Origin: Elusimicrobiota bacterium
GTDB lineage: Bacteria > CG03 > SLGR01
Length of the DNA stretch: 64,000 nucleotides
Assembly (NCBI GenBank): GCA_003553445.1
Contig: PWEK01000017.1
Location: 89-64,088 of the forward strand
Reading direction: 5' to 3'
Shown: piece after piece, positions 28,449 to 38,075 of the stretch
Position numbering within the stretch: position 1 is the stretch's first letter
How the letters are laid out: each line of letters starts with the position of its first letter
Translations under genes and position numbers: made by a program
Notes under the pieces: generated by a model
What the model saw: only the letters and a program-made list of their open reading frames with translations
What the model was told of the DNA's origin: nothing
The model's database searches: none

Positions 28449-29342
28449 CTACTTCAATACTTCCACCGGCCTGCCGGAAACCAGCCCGTAGTGGCCATCA
28501 TATGCAACCCTGTTTCCTTCCTGAAAATCCCCCTCTACTGCCGCATACTCATCCCCGAGAAGTAAAACTTCCACAGGATACCACCGGGCATAGTTTTCTT
28601 CACCAATAATGAATACCCCCTTCTCCCCCTCCCTCTCTACCACGGAAATAAGAGGAACGGCCTTTGCCCCATCAATTTCATCAACCGCAATTCCAACCTC
28701 ACATACCATATAGGGCCTCAATCTGTCTCTCTCGTTATCGACACGTATTTCAACTTTTCTTTTCATTGTTTTCCGGTCAAGAGCAGGTTCGATCTCATAA
28801 ACAGACCCGGTAAATTTTTCCTCTCCCAAAGCCTTTACCCTCAAGGAAACACCCTGCCCCTCTCTTACAAGCATAGCCTCCTGATGGGGGATATGAAGCG
28901 TTATTCTCATTACAGAGGTATCGGCTACCGAAGCCACCGGCTGCTGAGGTGAAACTCTTTCTCCTATATCAGGGATTATCTCCATTACCCTTCCGCTCAC
29001 CGGAGACCTTACCCGGGAGTATTTATATTCAACTCCCTCCTCATACCTGTCAACCAGAATAACAGGGGCATCCTTCTCTATGGAAGACCCCAGAGATACC
29101 GGCTTTTCCTTAACCACACCCGGAACTGACGGAAAAAGCATAACCTGCTTTATGCCTCTCATCTTTCCGGTATACCTGTAGGTCCTGACAACATCCCTTC
29201 TTTCTATTTCCTCTGTCCTAATCCTGCTTAAACCTTCAGGTTCAGGCACTTCCGCCTCATCCGCCATCTGCACTCTGACAATCTGTATCACAAGAAGCGC
29301 CGCCAGCAGTATCAGTATACCCTTTACCATTTTAATCTTCAT
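28449..29342 (-). CDS. RND periplasmic adaptor (membrane fusion protein)
   Basis: 297 aa with signal anchor and beta-barrel/lipoyl-like pattern. Positioned between TolC-like and RND genes with 7-18 nt gaps. Confidence 0.75.
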   Translation of the reverse strand: MKIKMVKGILILLAALLVIQIVRVQMADEAEVPEPEGLSRIRTEEIERRDVVRTYRYTGKMRGIKQVMLFPSVPGVVKEKPVSLGSSIEKDAPVILVDRYEEGVEYKYSRVRSPVSGRVMEIIPDIGERVSPQQPVASVADTSVMRITLHIPHQEAMLVREGQGVSLRVKALGEEKFTGSVYEIEPALDRKTMKRKVEIRVDNERDRLRPYMVCEVGIAVDEIDGAKAVPLISVVEREGEKGVFIIGEENYARWYPVEVLLLGDEYAAVEGDFQEGNRVAYDGHYGLVSGRPVEVLK

Positions 29343-29360
29343 ATTATCTTCACTCCTTGT

Positions 29361-30686
29361 TTACTTTCCCGCCGCAAGCAGCATTTCCTCTAAACCGACA
29401 ATATAATCATAAAGCGCAGAGGCATATTCCCGCCTGGCTGAAGTGTAGTCAAGAATTGCTTCGTTTAGTTCAATGTTTGTTATCCGTCCCCTGTCATACT
29501 GCCTGCTGGCAGTTTCCAGGTTCTCCCCGGTGATATGAAGGTTTTCCCTCATTATTGAAACCCTTTTATGCAGAAAAGAAAGATTCCGGTAACTGTTTTT
29601 CACCTGCAGTTTTATTTTTCGCTTCTGGTCCTCCGCACCTGCCTGCGCCTCTTTTAAACGGGCGTTGACCTTCTTCATCTGTCCAGGCACCGAAAAGGGA
29701 GGAAGAGACATTTCAATCATGCCACCGACAACCAGAGAGCCGCCCCACTCATCCTGCATTGACTGATCCGGACGCTCATAACTGTAGGAGGCAAAACCAT
29801 ACAGATGCGGAAGGTTCTGAGCAAGTTCAATATCCCTTTGTTTTTCAGCTATCCTAACACTTCGCCGGGCTATCTCCAATTCCTTTCGAAGGTCCATCGC
29901 ATGTTCCAGAACTTCTTCCAGATCCAGGTCATGCTCAACATGCTTGAGATCCCCCTTTAGTTTTTGCCCCGTGTCCTCAATCACCGCCATACTGAAAAGA
30001 GATGCCCTTGACTGGTCAAGAGAGCTTTGCGCTTTCTTTACTCCGCTTTTAGCCTCCAGGCAATGAGAACGAACGCGGTTGACATCCAGGTTTGAGACTT
30101 TCCCCGCTTCAAAGAAAGCCTTTGTGGTTTCAAGGTTCTCCTCCATCAGGGCTTTCTGTTTTTTTGCTGTATCCAGCATCTCCTGCGCAAGCAGCACCCC
30201 ATAAAAAAGTTTAGTTATCTCCGTCTCAAAAACATCCCTGCGGAGCTGATAGCTAAGCTTCTCAATTTCATGGCCATGTGCTGAAGCGGTATATCCCTTG
30301 CTTACAAGCCCGAAGGTGAATACAGGCTGACGCAGCTGCAACTGTAAACCGTATGACTTATCCTGCCCCATTTCCATGGCTATCTCTTCATAAAGAAGCT
30401 CTCCGGTATCCGGATCCGCCCAAACCGGCATTGCAAAATCAAGCTCAGGCACCGTATCGGTATATGTTCCCCTGAAAGAAGCGGAAAGAGAAGGGAAAAA
30501 GTTGCCGTAAGCCTCCATACTTTCACCGTAAGCAGATAAAACCCCCTGCCTTGCCCCTTTAATGGAATGATTTTTTTCCAGGGCAGATTCCACGAAATCC
30601 TCAAGTTCAAGCTGACCGGAAAAAGACCGACCGGGTGTAAAGAAAAACGCCAGGATAGCTGCTAAAAAAACCCTTGTAATTTTCAT
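29361..30686 (-). CDS. TolC-family outer-membrane efflux protein
   Basis: 441 aa with signal peptide and two long coiled repeats. LEDFVESALEKNHSIKGA is a typical OEP N-terminal motif. Confidence 0.85.
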   Translation of the reverse strand: MKITRVFLAAILAFFFTPGRSFSGQLELEDFVESALEKNHSIKGARQGVLSAYGESMEAYGNFFPSLSASFRGTYTDTVPELDFAMPVWADPDTGELLYEEIAMEMGQDKSYGLQLQLRQPVFTFGLVSKGYTASAHGHEIEKLSYQLRRDVFETEITKLFYGVLLAQEMLDTAKKQKALMEENLETTKAFFEAGKVSNLDVNRVRSHCLEAKSGVKKAQSSLDQSRASLFSMAVIEDTGQKLKGDLKHVEHDLDLEEVLEHAMDLRKELEIARRSVRIAEKQRDIELAQNLPHLYGFASYSYERPDQSMQDEWGGSLVVGGMIEMSLPPFSVPGQMKKVNARLKEAQAGAEDQKRKIKLQVKNSYRNLSFLHKRVSIMRENLHITGENLETASRQYDRGRITNIELNEAILDYTSARREYASALYDYIVGLEEMLLAAGK

Positions 30687-30988
30687 GTTCGCCCCTTTAT
30701 AACCACATGGTTTTCGCCTGCTCTTCTTATAGTTTTCTTAATTACAAGAATGTAAAGATTATGATATTAAAAATGGCTTATGATTTCAATTTTCCGCAGG
30801 AAAACTACATTAAATAAATGATATGTAATTAAAGAAGCCATAAAATAAATAACTTCGTGAGGATTATTAAAAACACCCGTTTTTTAAAAGTTATTATAAA
30901 AGACGGTGTTTTTTGGATAGTTTCTACAGATGCCTTAAAGCCGCACCCTCTGTTTCTTTATCCTGCCCCTTACAGCAGGAGGTTCATA

Positions 30989-32797
30989 TTACCGGGATTT
31001 TATAATTTCCTTCAGTTCCGTTAACTCCTGTTTTAATTCTTCAATCTTCTGCTGCTGCTCCCTGAATGCCTCCACAACATATGCATTAAATTCCCTGGGA
31101 ACATTGTATGTTTTTGCTTTTTCCGAGTCGGTTATAAGATTTTTGTCTTCCCCTCTGGGCTTAATTTCCCTGACCCATTCCGGAAAAACTTCTTCGATTT
31201 CCTGGGCTATCATGCCGGCTTCCACACCCTCGCTGTGCAGTGAGGGGTTAACCCATTCGTAATTAACTCCCCTCAGCTTCAATATCTTGTCAAGCGCACC
31301 GGTCAAGGGCTCCACATTTTTCTTCAGCCTTGCATCTGAGTCTCCGTCATTATAAGTTACCTCACCACTATAAGTTACATCACCACTACCATAATCAATA
31401 CTTAAAGCCTTATGGAATTTCCCTCCCCCATAGGTCATAAATTCCCACGAATTACCACGCGTTGCTAGCATGACTCCGCCCCTCGGGGCGATGCCAGAAA
31501 GATCAGGAAGCATTGCCATTCTTCCCCAATTGCCAGGTGCACTGCTTTCAGTAGGGCCTATAATTAAGCCCAATTCATGCTGAACACCATCAAAAGCCGA
31601 AAAACCACTTGTATCTCCGATATCCAGCCATCCCAAAGGCTCGTTTGTTCTTACGCCGATATTTCCCTCCGGCTTAATAGTCATCGCCGTGACTGCGTCG
31701 GAGGTATCATTCCAGGTTCTTTCCTGCATAATCCTGATGTCTCCCTCTCCCTGGTTACAAATGAGTGCATCACCGGCTTGCACGAAGCCTTGATTGACCC
31801 ATTTGTCGTTCCGAAATCTATTTGATTTCCCAATAGCAAAATATCCCGAATCAGGAGACTGTGCAGCAATAGCCGTCCATCCGCTGTTATCCTTATTTAA
31901 AATTTCCATTGAAGCAGGCCCATCTCCAACCTCACGCGCCACACTTAAAGCAGCTCCGGCTGATTCAGACGGCATTGTTCCCATGCCTATATTTCCGGTA
32001 TCATGCCTCATACAAAAATGGGGGTCCGGAAAGTCATACCACTCTCCATTGTAGTATGACGTTAAAAAAATGTGATCCTCACTGGCGCCGAGAGCTGCTG
32101 AGATATCTTCGTTTTGCCATAATTCAATCCTGCTCAGGGCTTCCGCACCACTATCTCCCGTAGGGCCCACTAACAACCCCGTCGTTCCTCCAGCATTACT
32201 GTTTCCCCTGAGATTTCCTACCGAAAGCATGGATTTGGGAAGTAACTCGCCCACATTGGACGGATCAGTATCATGAACGCTATGCCCTATACCGACCCTG
32301 GGATCATTCCAGTAAGGAACATATGCCCTTAGTATCTGGGCCTGGCCGAAAGACTCCCCGGTGTGTGCTTTCTGCCGCAGCGTAAAACCCCAGTCAGGCT
32401 CATAGTTAATAAAACCGCCTAAATTTCCCGGGTGAAACTTTAGCCTGGTATAATCTTGATCTTCGTCTGCATCATCGGGGGGCAGCAAAAGAATATTATC
32501 ATCGCCATAATTATCAGTTCGGCCAACATTAATCAACGCTGCATCAACCTCGTCGGTACCGATGCCCAATCTTCCTCCAACCAGCAAACTGTCTTCAGGA
32601 ATTTCAATTTCACCGTAATCCCAATCATCATCATCCGGTTTATCGCCTACAACGCCCCTTTCTACTCTGAGCACGCTCTGATCCGGCATAATGGTTCTTA
32701 AGTTAATCGATCGGCTAAAGCCTAACATGAAACATACTGATACAAAAAATGCAACAGCGAGAAACAATCTTGAAGTTTTTAAAATTTTAACATACAT
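30989..32797 (-). CDS. Secreted tail-fibre-like protein with C-terminal Peptidase_S74 intramolecular chaperone (auto-processing) domain
   Basis: 602 aa with N-terminal signal anchor. The C-terminus SDARLKKNVEPLTGALDKILKLRGVNYEWVNP..GMIAQEIEEVFPEWV followed by a coiled coil matches the endosialidase/tail-spike chaperone domain. RBS GAAGGAGG. Confidence 0.75.
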   Translation of the reverse strand: MYVKILKTSRLFLAVAFFVSVCFMLGFSRSINLRTIMPDQSVLRVERGVVGDKPDDDDWDYGEIEIPEDSLLVGGRLGIGTDEVDAALINVGRTDNYGDDNILLLPPDDADEDQDYTRLKFHPGNLGGFINYEPDWGFTLRQKAHTGESFGQAQILRAYVPYWNDPRVGIGHSVHDTDPSNVGELLPKSMLSVGNLRGNSNAGGTTGLLVGPTGDSGAEALSRIELWQNEDISAALGASEDHIFLTSYYNGEWYDFPDPHFCMRHDTGNIGMGTMPSESAGAALSVAREVGDGPASMEILNKDNSGWTAIAAQSPDSGYFAIGKSNRFRNDKWVNQGFVQAGDALICNQGEGDIRIMQERTWNDTSDAVTAMTIKPEGNIGVRTNEPLGWLDIGDTSGFSAFDGVQHELGLIIGPTESSAPGNWGRMAMLPDLSGIAPRGGVMLATRGNSWEFMTYGGGKFHKALSIDYGSGDVTYSGEVTYNDGDSDARLKKNVEPLTGALDKILKLRGVNYEWVNPSLHSEGVEAGMIAQEIEEVFPEWVREIKPRGEDKNLITDSEKAKTYNVPREFNAYVVEAFREQQQKIEELKQELTELKEIIKSR

Positions 32798-32871
32798 TTT
32801 ATTTCCTCCTTCGGAGTAATAATTTGCCTATTTATAAATATGCCTTTCAGGCATAAGGCTTCCTTACTAAA

Positions 32872-32900
32872 TTAATAACACGGAAACCGATTATTATCAA
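32872..32900 (-). promoter_or_regulatory. Extended -10 sigma-70-like promoter of the tail-fibre-like gene
   Basis: Reverse strand has TTGATA (32900-32895), a 17-nt spacer ending TGT, then TATTAA (32877-32872). It shares a 19-nt identical block with the pseudopilin promoter. Confidence 0.5.
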
Positions 32901-33054
32901 CATAACCTTGAGCAGCTTTAAATAAAAAAGCGCTGTTATCAGCTTACGTTATTTGGAGTCAAATATTCCCTCTTTACTTATAATGATAGTTTTATTTAAA
33001 GATTCCTTTCTGAAAATCTAACATATCGCACTAACATAACGCAGAGAATTTCCA

Positions 33055-34845
33055 TTAAAAACAGACCTTAAACTCCGAACCTTCTCCTTTTTCACTTCTT
33101 ACCTCTATTTTCCAGCCGTGAGAATCAACTATCTCCTTTATTATGGCCGTACCCAGCCCAACCCTCTTCTCCTTTGTGGTGTAGAGCGGCTCGAAAATAT
33201 TCTTAAGCTCCTCTTTTTCCATGCCTTCTCCGCTGTCTTTTACGAAAAGACATATTCCGGAAGAGGTTTTTTCCGTTTTTATCTCTATTTCTCCCCCTTT
33301 CTGTGTCGCTTCGACGGCATTCCTAATGAGATTCTCCAGCAGCCTCTTAAACTTGAACTCATTAGCTTTTATCCCGGAGGCCTCTTGAGATATTCTCTTC
33401 CTTATTTTTATATTCGGATCAATTTTCATCTTATCAATAACCTCATCAACAGCCTCTTCAATACCAACCCTTGATATTTTCATCTCCCCGGTCTTTGAAA
33501 AATCAAGCATTGACGTCAAGATATCCTCCACGCGCTTAACCTCGCTCTTTAATATGTCTATATATGCCCTGGCTTCTGTATCTTTTAAATCAACATACTT
33601 TTCAAGGTAATAGGCCGTGTTTTTTATGCTTGAAAGGGGCGTCCTTATTTCATGGCCCAGAGACCCCGACAGGCGCCCGATGGTTGCCAGCTTCTCTGTA
33701 CGGTTAAGCTTTCTCTTCATCTGCGCATTGCGCCTTCTTGCCTCTTCTTTGACCAGATCCTCCCTCATCCGGGCCTGGATTCGGTAAGACTCTTCAAGCT
33801 CCCTGCTCTTTCTTATGCTGTCTCTCATGTCATGAGCCACTATCACTATGCCTGCCTCAATGCCTTCCCTGTTTTTTGCCACCGAAGCAGTAAAGGCCAC
33901 CGGAACACTGCTGCCGTCTTTTTTAACGAGCGAAAACCTGTCAATCTTAACCGACTTTTCCTCAAAAATCCTTTCCGTTAAAGAAGGTTTTTCTTCAGGA
34001 AAGAGTATATTGGCTTCCTTTTCTTTGAGTTCTCCCCCGGTATATCCCAGAAGCTTCTCGGCAGCCCTGTTGACTAATAATATTTTTCCCTCCCTGTTTA
34101 TAAGAAACAGAGCCTCACCCATTGAAGATATAATATCGACAGCGGCGCTTGCCGGCGTAATACTCAGAAAACCATACCTTGTAATGCTGTAAACAAGCCC
34201 GCCGCCCCATACAAGGGACGTTACAGACCCCATTGCCGGAATGGAAGTCAACCCAATCTCGGGAAAAACAACATCCGTAAGGGTGGCAAGTAAAAATGAA
34301 ATAAAAAGTGTGGAAGAAATTATAAGGGACTGTTTTTTTCTGTATACATACTCTGTTTCCCGTCTGAATTTTAAAAGTAATATCAGTGACAGAACAAGAA
34401 GAGTAACATAATAAGTTAAAAAAAGAGCCGGCCAAACCGTATCCGACCATATCTGGCTCCACCCGAAACCTGTTTTAATAAAATCATTCGAGAGATATCC
34501 CGTATACTGCCTGTATATCAAAACAAGCGGTATGATTATCAGGCCCAGAAGCGTGATTTTCTTTTTAAGGATTTTCTCTTTTTTAACTATAATTAATGTC
34601 TGCCAGAGAAAAACGCTGGAGAACCCTATCCATCCTATTGAAGAAATATTCAGCCAAAACATTGCAAGGTTCTTTGTCGCAGCAATCCTCATGAACATTG
34701 CCCCGAAATTCCATATCAAAAGAGTAAAGAGAACAAGAGCGCATACCCTGTTGAGATTTGATTTCGGCCTTTTGAAAAAAACGTATATCATAAGGCAGAA
34801 ATAAATCAAAACCGTAACTAAATGAACAGCTGTCAGTATTCTCAC
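33055..34845 (-). CDS. Sensor histidine kinase, N-terminal 7TM domain + PAS + HisKA + HATPase_c
   Basis: 596 aa, GTG start. ~7 TM helices, PAS (ALFLINREGKILLVNRAAEKLLGY), H-box LGHEIRTPLSSI, ATP boxes NAVEAT, DSGEGM, GLGTAI. Confidence 0.85.
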   Translation of the reverse strand: MRILTAVHLVTVLIYFCLMIYVFFKRPKSNLNRVCALVLFTLLIWNFGAMFMRIAATKNLAMFWLNISSIGWIGFSSVFLWQTLIIVKKEKILKKKITLLGLIIIPLVLIYRQYTGYLSNDFIKTGFGWSQIWSDTVWPALFLTYYVTLLVLSLILLLKFRRETEYVYRKKQSLIISSTLFISFLLATLTDVVFPEIGLTSIPAMGSVTSLVWGGGLVYSITRYGFLSITPASAAVDIISSMGEALFLINREGKILLVNRAAEKLLGYTGGELKEKEANILFPEEKPSLTERIFEEKSVKIDRFSLVKKDGSSVPVAFTASVAKNREGIEAGIVIVAHDMRDSIRKSRELEESYRIQARMREDLVKEEARRRNAQMKRKLNRTEKLATIGRLSGSLGHEIRTPLSSIKNTAYYLEKYVDLKDTEARAYIDILKSEVKRVEDILTSMLDFSKTGEMKISRVGIEEAVDEVIDKMKIDPNIKIRKRISQEASGIKANEFKFKRLLENLIRNAVEATQKGGEIEIKTEKTSSGICLFVKDSGEGMEKEELKNIFEPLYTTKEKRVGLGTAIIKEIVDSHGWKIEVRSEKGEGSEFKVCF

Positions 34846-35072
34846 TATAATATTACCCCTCTGTATTTATATGGCCTGTGGCATTACCTGCAGGAGCTGT
34901 CCCCGGCCCGCCTGATTTACCCCCGGAAAGGTTTAACAGAAATCATCCGCATTCCTCTCACAACACCACCTGTTTTAAAGAAACAAACAATTATCAATAT
35001 ATTATTAATAGATAACACCCGCGCCGCATTTATTCCAATCCGGCTTTCTTTCAGGGTAAGAAGTAAGGGGGG

Positions 35073-35663
35073 TCAAGCAGCACCCAGTGCCACATAAGAA
35101 TCTTTTCCGTCTTTTATCTTCACTCCCCCGAATCCGGCATAGAGTAGAATCTTTTTCATCTTCCCGTATGAGGGAATACGATCCATACCGACCGCTCCAC
35201 CGATACTACGGTGAAGTGAATTTATTTTCTTTCTCGAAGACGTGTGTATGATATTGAGCTTTCCTCCGGTTTTGAGAACCCTTAAAAATTCCTTAAGCGC
35301 CTTTAACTTGTCCGGGAAGTGCGGAAAAGAAGAATAACAAATTACCCTATCATAAGTTTCGCTTTCTGCAGGAATGCTCTCCGCGCCGGAAACCAAAAAT
35401 TTCGCAGAATGACCGAACTTTCTCCTGGCCGTGTCTATCATCTTTTGAGATATGTCAATTCCCGTAACTTCCGCTTTTTTATTAGTAATTTCATCCAGAA
35501 AAGGAAAAAGATACCCGGTCCCGCAACCGACATCCAGAATCTTCTCACCTGCAGATATTCCGAGACTTCTCAGTATTCCCTTGAGCTTCTCCCCTTCTTC
35601 GGGAGTTTTCATGCTGTCCCAGTTCTCTGCGTGGCGGTCAAAAAACTCCCTATGATCCAGCAT
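35073..35663 (-). CDS. Class I SAM-dependent methyltransferase
   Basis: Motif I ILDVGCGTGYL. 196 aa. The start overlaps the ABC permease stop by 14 nt. Confidence 0.75.
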   Translation of the reverse strand: MLDHREFFDRHAENWDSMKTPEEGEKLKGILRSLGISAGEKILDVGCGTGYLFPFLDEITNKKAEVTGIDISQKMIDTARRKFGHSAKFLVSGAESIPAESETYDRVICYSSFPHFPDKLKALKEFLRVLKTGGKLNIIHTSSRKKINSLHRSIGGAVGMDRIPSYGKMKKILLYAGFGGVKIKDGKDSYVALGAA

Positions 35664-36480
35664 ATACCCGGTTTCTCCTTTTCGGTGACAGCGCCAGAGA
35701 AATGACGAAAATAAGACCGGAGGTGATTATTATCGCAGCCCCTGAGCGAAGGTCAAAGACATATGAAAAAAACAGCCCCGCAAGACAGGAAGCCACCCCG
35801 AATACCGCAGACAGAAGATGCATCATCTTAAAGCTGTACGTTAACTGGTAGGCAGCGGCCGGAGGGGATATAATCAGACTGAAAATTAAAATACCCCCTA
35901 CAGTATTTAAATTCACCGTTACCGCAGCGCCGCAGAGAAAAAGAATGAGATAAAAAACCGCTTTATCGGCAACCCCGGCCGCCCGCGCAGTAGTCCTGTC
36001 GTAAAGCACCGCCAGTATTTCTTTGTAAAACAGCGCCAGAAAAAGAAATATAAGAACCGCCGTCACCAGAAGGTATACGGTATCAGCAGCTGACACGGTC
36101 AGTATGCTTCCCCATATGTACCTCATGGCATTGGCCTGCGGGCCTTCAATCATCCCCATGAACAAAAATGCGAGCCCAAGAACTATCGAGAAAATTATAC
36201 CTGTGGAAAGATTGGGCTCAAAATCCCCCCTGTCTGCAACCGGACCGATAAACGAGGCGGAAAGCAGGCAGAAAATAAAGCCCGACAATACAGGATCAAT
36301 TCCCACCAGCAGCCCAAAAAGCGCGCCGGCAAATGCGGCATGAGCCATGGCCACCCCCACAAAAGGAATCCCCAGCATTATCCCCCCCCCCCCAACTATC
36401 CCGCAGCTTGCCCCGCCAAGTACGGAAGCCAGGACAGCCCTGCGCATAAACGCATACCGGAAAACATCAAACATACTCAA
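35650..36480 (-). CDS. Metal ABC transporter permease (ABC-3 / ZnuB-TroC type)
   Basis: 276 aa with ~8 TM segments and an ABC-3-like pattern. Contains a GGGG run encoded by 12 consecutive G (C on the plus strand, 36382-36393). Confidence 0.75.
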   Translation of the reverse strand: MSMFDVFRYAFMRRAVLASVLGGASCGIVGGGGIMLGIPFVGVAMAHAAFAGALFGLLVGIDPVLSGFIFCLLSASFIGPVADRGDFEPNLSTGIIFSIVLGLAFLFMGMIEGPQANAMRYIWGSILTVSAADTVYLLVTAVLIFLFLALFYKEILAVLYDRTTARAAGVADKAVFYLILFLCGAAVTVNLNTVGGILIFSLIISPPAAAYQLTYSFKMMHLLSAVFGVASCLAGLFFSYVFDLRSGAAIIITSGLIFVISLALSPKRRNRVYAGS

Positions 36481-37249
36481 TCTCCGCCGTAGAACTCACC
36501 GGTTCATTTCCAAAACAGCTCTCAGATATTCCATAAAGCCTGCCTATAAGGCGAGGGCTGTATGTTCCCCTGTGCTCCCCCGACCATATAATGCGCCCTT
36601 TTTTCAACATCACCGTATATCCGCAGGACGGCGGGATATGCTCCAGAAGATGGGTTACATAAATAACAGTAATCTTTTTCTCCCTGTATATTCTGTCTAT
36701 TATATTTACAACCTCTTTTCTGGATTTTAAATCAAGACTGCTTGTCGGCTCATCCATCAGCATTATATCCGGCTGCTGGGCAAGAGCCCTGGCTATGGCG
36801 GCCTTCTGCCTTTCCCCCCCGGAAAGCCTGCCCACCGGCCTGTTTCTTAGTTGACTTAACCCCACGCTCTCAAGCGCATCCATTACAGCCCGGCGGTCTT
36901 CTCCGTTTAGCCTGCGGAAAAAACCGCGCCTGCCCGTCCTGCCTATTGCTACCGCCTCGTAAACTGAGACAGGGGTTCTCGGGTCGTAGACGGACTCCTG
37001 TGCAATATAGCCAATATTTTTTCTTACCGACCGCCCATTTTTAAAATCCAGGTTCTTCCCCAACACACTGATTCTGCCGGAGGTCTTCCCTGCAAGCCCG
37101 TTTATCAGTTTAAGAAGTGTTGTCTTGCCCGCACCGTTGGGCCCTATGAGAGATACAAAGGACCCTTTTCTAACGGAAAGATTTAAATTACTCAGCGCCC
37201 TGCGCCCCCGGAAAGAAACAGTGACATTGCTTATTTCAACCGCATTCAT
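36467..37249 (-). CDS. Metal ABC transporter ATP-binding protein (ZnuC/TroB type)
   Basis: Walker A GPNGAGKTT, signature LSGGERQK, Walker B LMDEPTSSLD. I prefer ATG 37249 (MNAVEISNV), 1 nt after the upstream stop, over the track start at 37303. Confidence 0.85.
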   Translation of the reverse strand: MNAVEISNVTVSFRGRRALSNLNLSVRKGSFVSLIGPNGAGKTTLLKLINGLAGKTSGRISVLGKNLDFKNGRSVRKNIGYIAQESVYDPRTPVSVYEAVAIGRTGRRGFFRRLNGEDRRAVMDALESVGLSQLRNRPVGRLSGGERQKAAIARALAQQPDIMLMDEPTSSLDLKSRKEVVNIIDRIYREKKITVIYVTHLLEHIPPSCGYTVMLKKGRIIWSGEHRGTYSPRLIGRLYGISESCFGNEPVSSTAEIEYV

Positions 37250-37250
37250 A

Positions 37251-38075
37251 TTAATCCGTCTCATATAGAAGCGCTTCCCTAATCTCCTCAATATTATCTT
37301 CAACGGTCATGACATAGGAATCATTCAGCGGAAAGTTTGATATCACAGCATGTTCTATACCAAGCTCCCCGGAAATAATCTTTCCGTCCGAAGATCCGCT
37401 CTGCAGGTTATCAATCACGGCAACTGCCTCTTTATCCCTGGCGATTTCAATAATCCTTTCCCAGTCTCCCGGGGACATATCATCCGCCCTTTTATAAGTT
37501 CCCGCCACTTCAACTCCGAGCCATGACAGAAATCCCTTCTGATGTTCGGAGGCTACAACCCTTAAACCCCGGATATCCCCGGAATATTCATAAACAGCCC
37601 TTTCCATTTTTTCTATTTTTTCAATGTAGCTTCCAGCCTTTTCATCATACGAAGAGCTGTTCTGCGGATCAATTTCCTGCAGTATCCCTTTTACCTCTCT
37701 TGCCGCTTCAGCCTGACCCGAAGGAACCATCAGGTTCTCATCCGCAAGAACAGTAAACCTCCTTAATTCTTCATCGGCCTCCTCCACGAGTTTGTTTATC
37801 CACGGCTCCCACCCCTGGTAAAAGACCGCATCTGCGGAAGAAAAAGCCGCCATGTCAGAGGGTTTTAAATCGAAATGCCCCGGACACATCCCCCCCGGTA
37901 AAATAACCTTCAAGTCAATATTATCACCCCCCACTTCCTTCAGGACCGTCCCTATCTGCGTGGTCGATGCCACAACTGAAATTCTTTCCGAAGGCTGCAA
38001 TTCACATCCGGATAAAGAAATAAACAGAAAAGAAAAAAACGAAAATAGAATATTCCTGCAGACTCTAAAACGCAT
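37251..38075 (-). CDS. Metal ABC substrate-binding lipoprotein (TroA/ZnuA cluster A-I type)
   Basis: Lipobox LSGC. ISVVASTTQIGTVLKEVGG..LPGGMCPGHFDLKPSD parallels the TroA/ZnuA pattern (D-P-H-x-Y-E-P-x-P region). 274 aa. Confidence 0.65.
   Translation of the reverse strand: MRFRVCRNILFSFFSFLFISLSGCELQPSERISVVASTTQIGTVLKEVGGDNIDLKVILPGGMCPGHFDLKPSDMAAFSSADAVFYQGWEPWINKLVEEADEELRRFTVLADENLMVPSGQAEAAREVKGILQEIDPQNSSSYDEKAGSYIEKIEKMERAVYEYSGDIRGLRVVASEHQKGFLSWLGVEVAGTYKRADDMSPGDWERIIEIARDKEAVAVIDNLQSGSSDGKIISGELGIEHAVISNFPLNDSYVMTVEDNIEEIREALLYETD

Noticed and set aside
30687-33054. Possibility that the S74 tail-fibre-like gene marks a prophage or phage-tail-like particle cluster
   Set aside because: No capsid, terminase, portal, baseplate, sheath, integrase or att-like repeats lie on either side. 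The flanks are an efflux operon and a histidine kinase.
34846-35072. GC-rich 227-nt leader upstream of the 7TM-PAS kinase, examined as a possible riboswitch
   Set aside because: I could not draw a convincing conserved-looking fold, terminator or sequestering helix, and it does not resemble any riboswitch consensus I remember. I left it unreported apart from this note.
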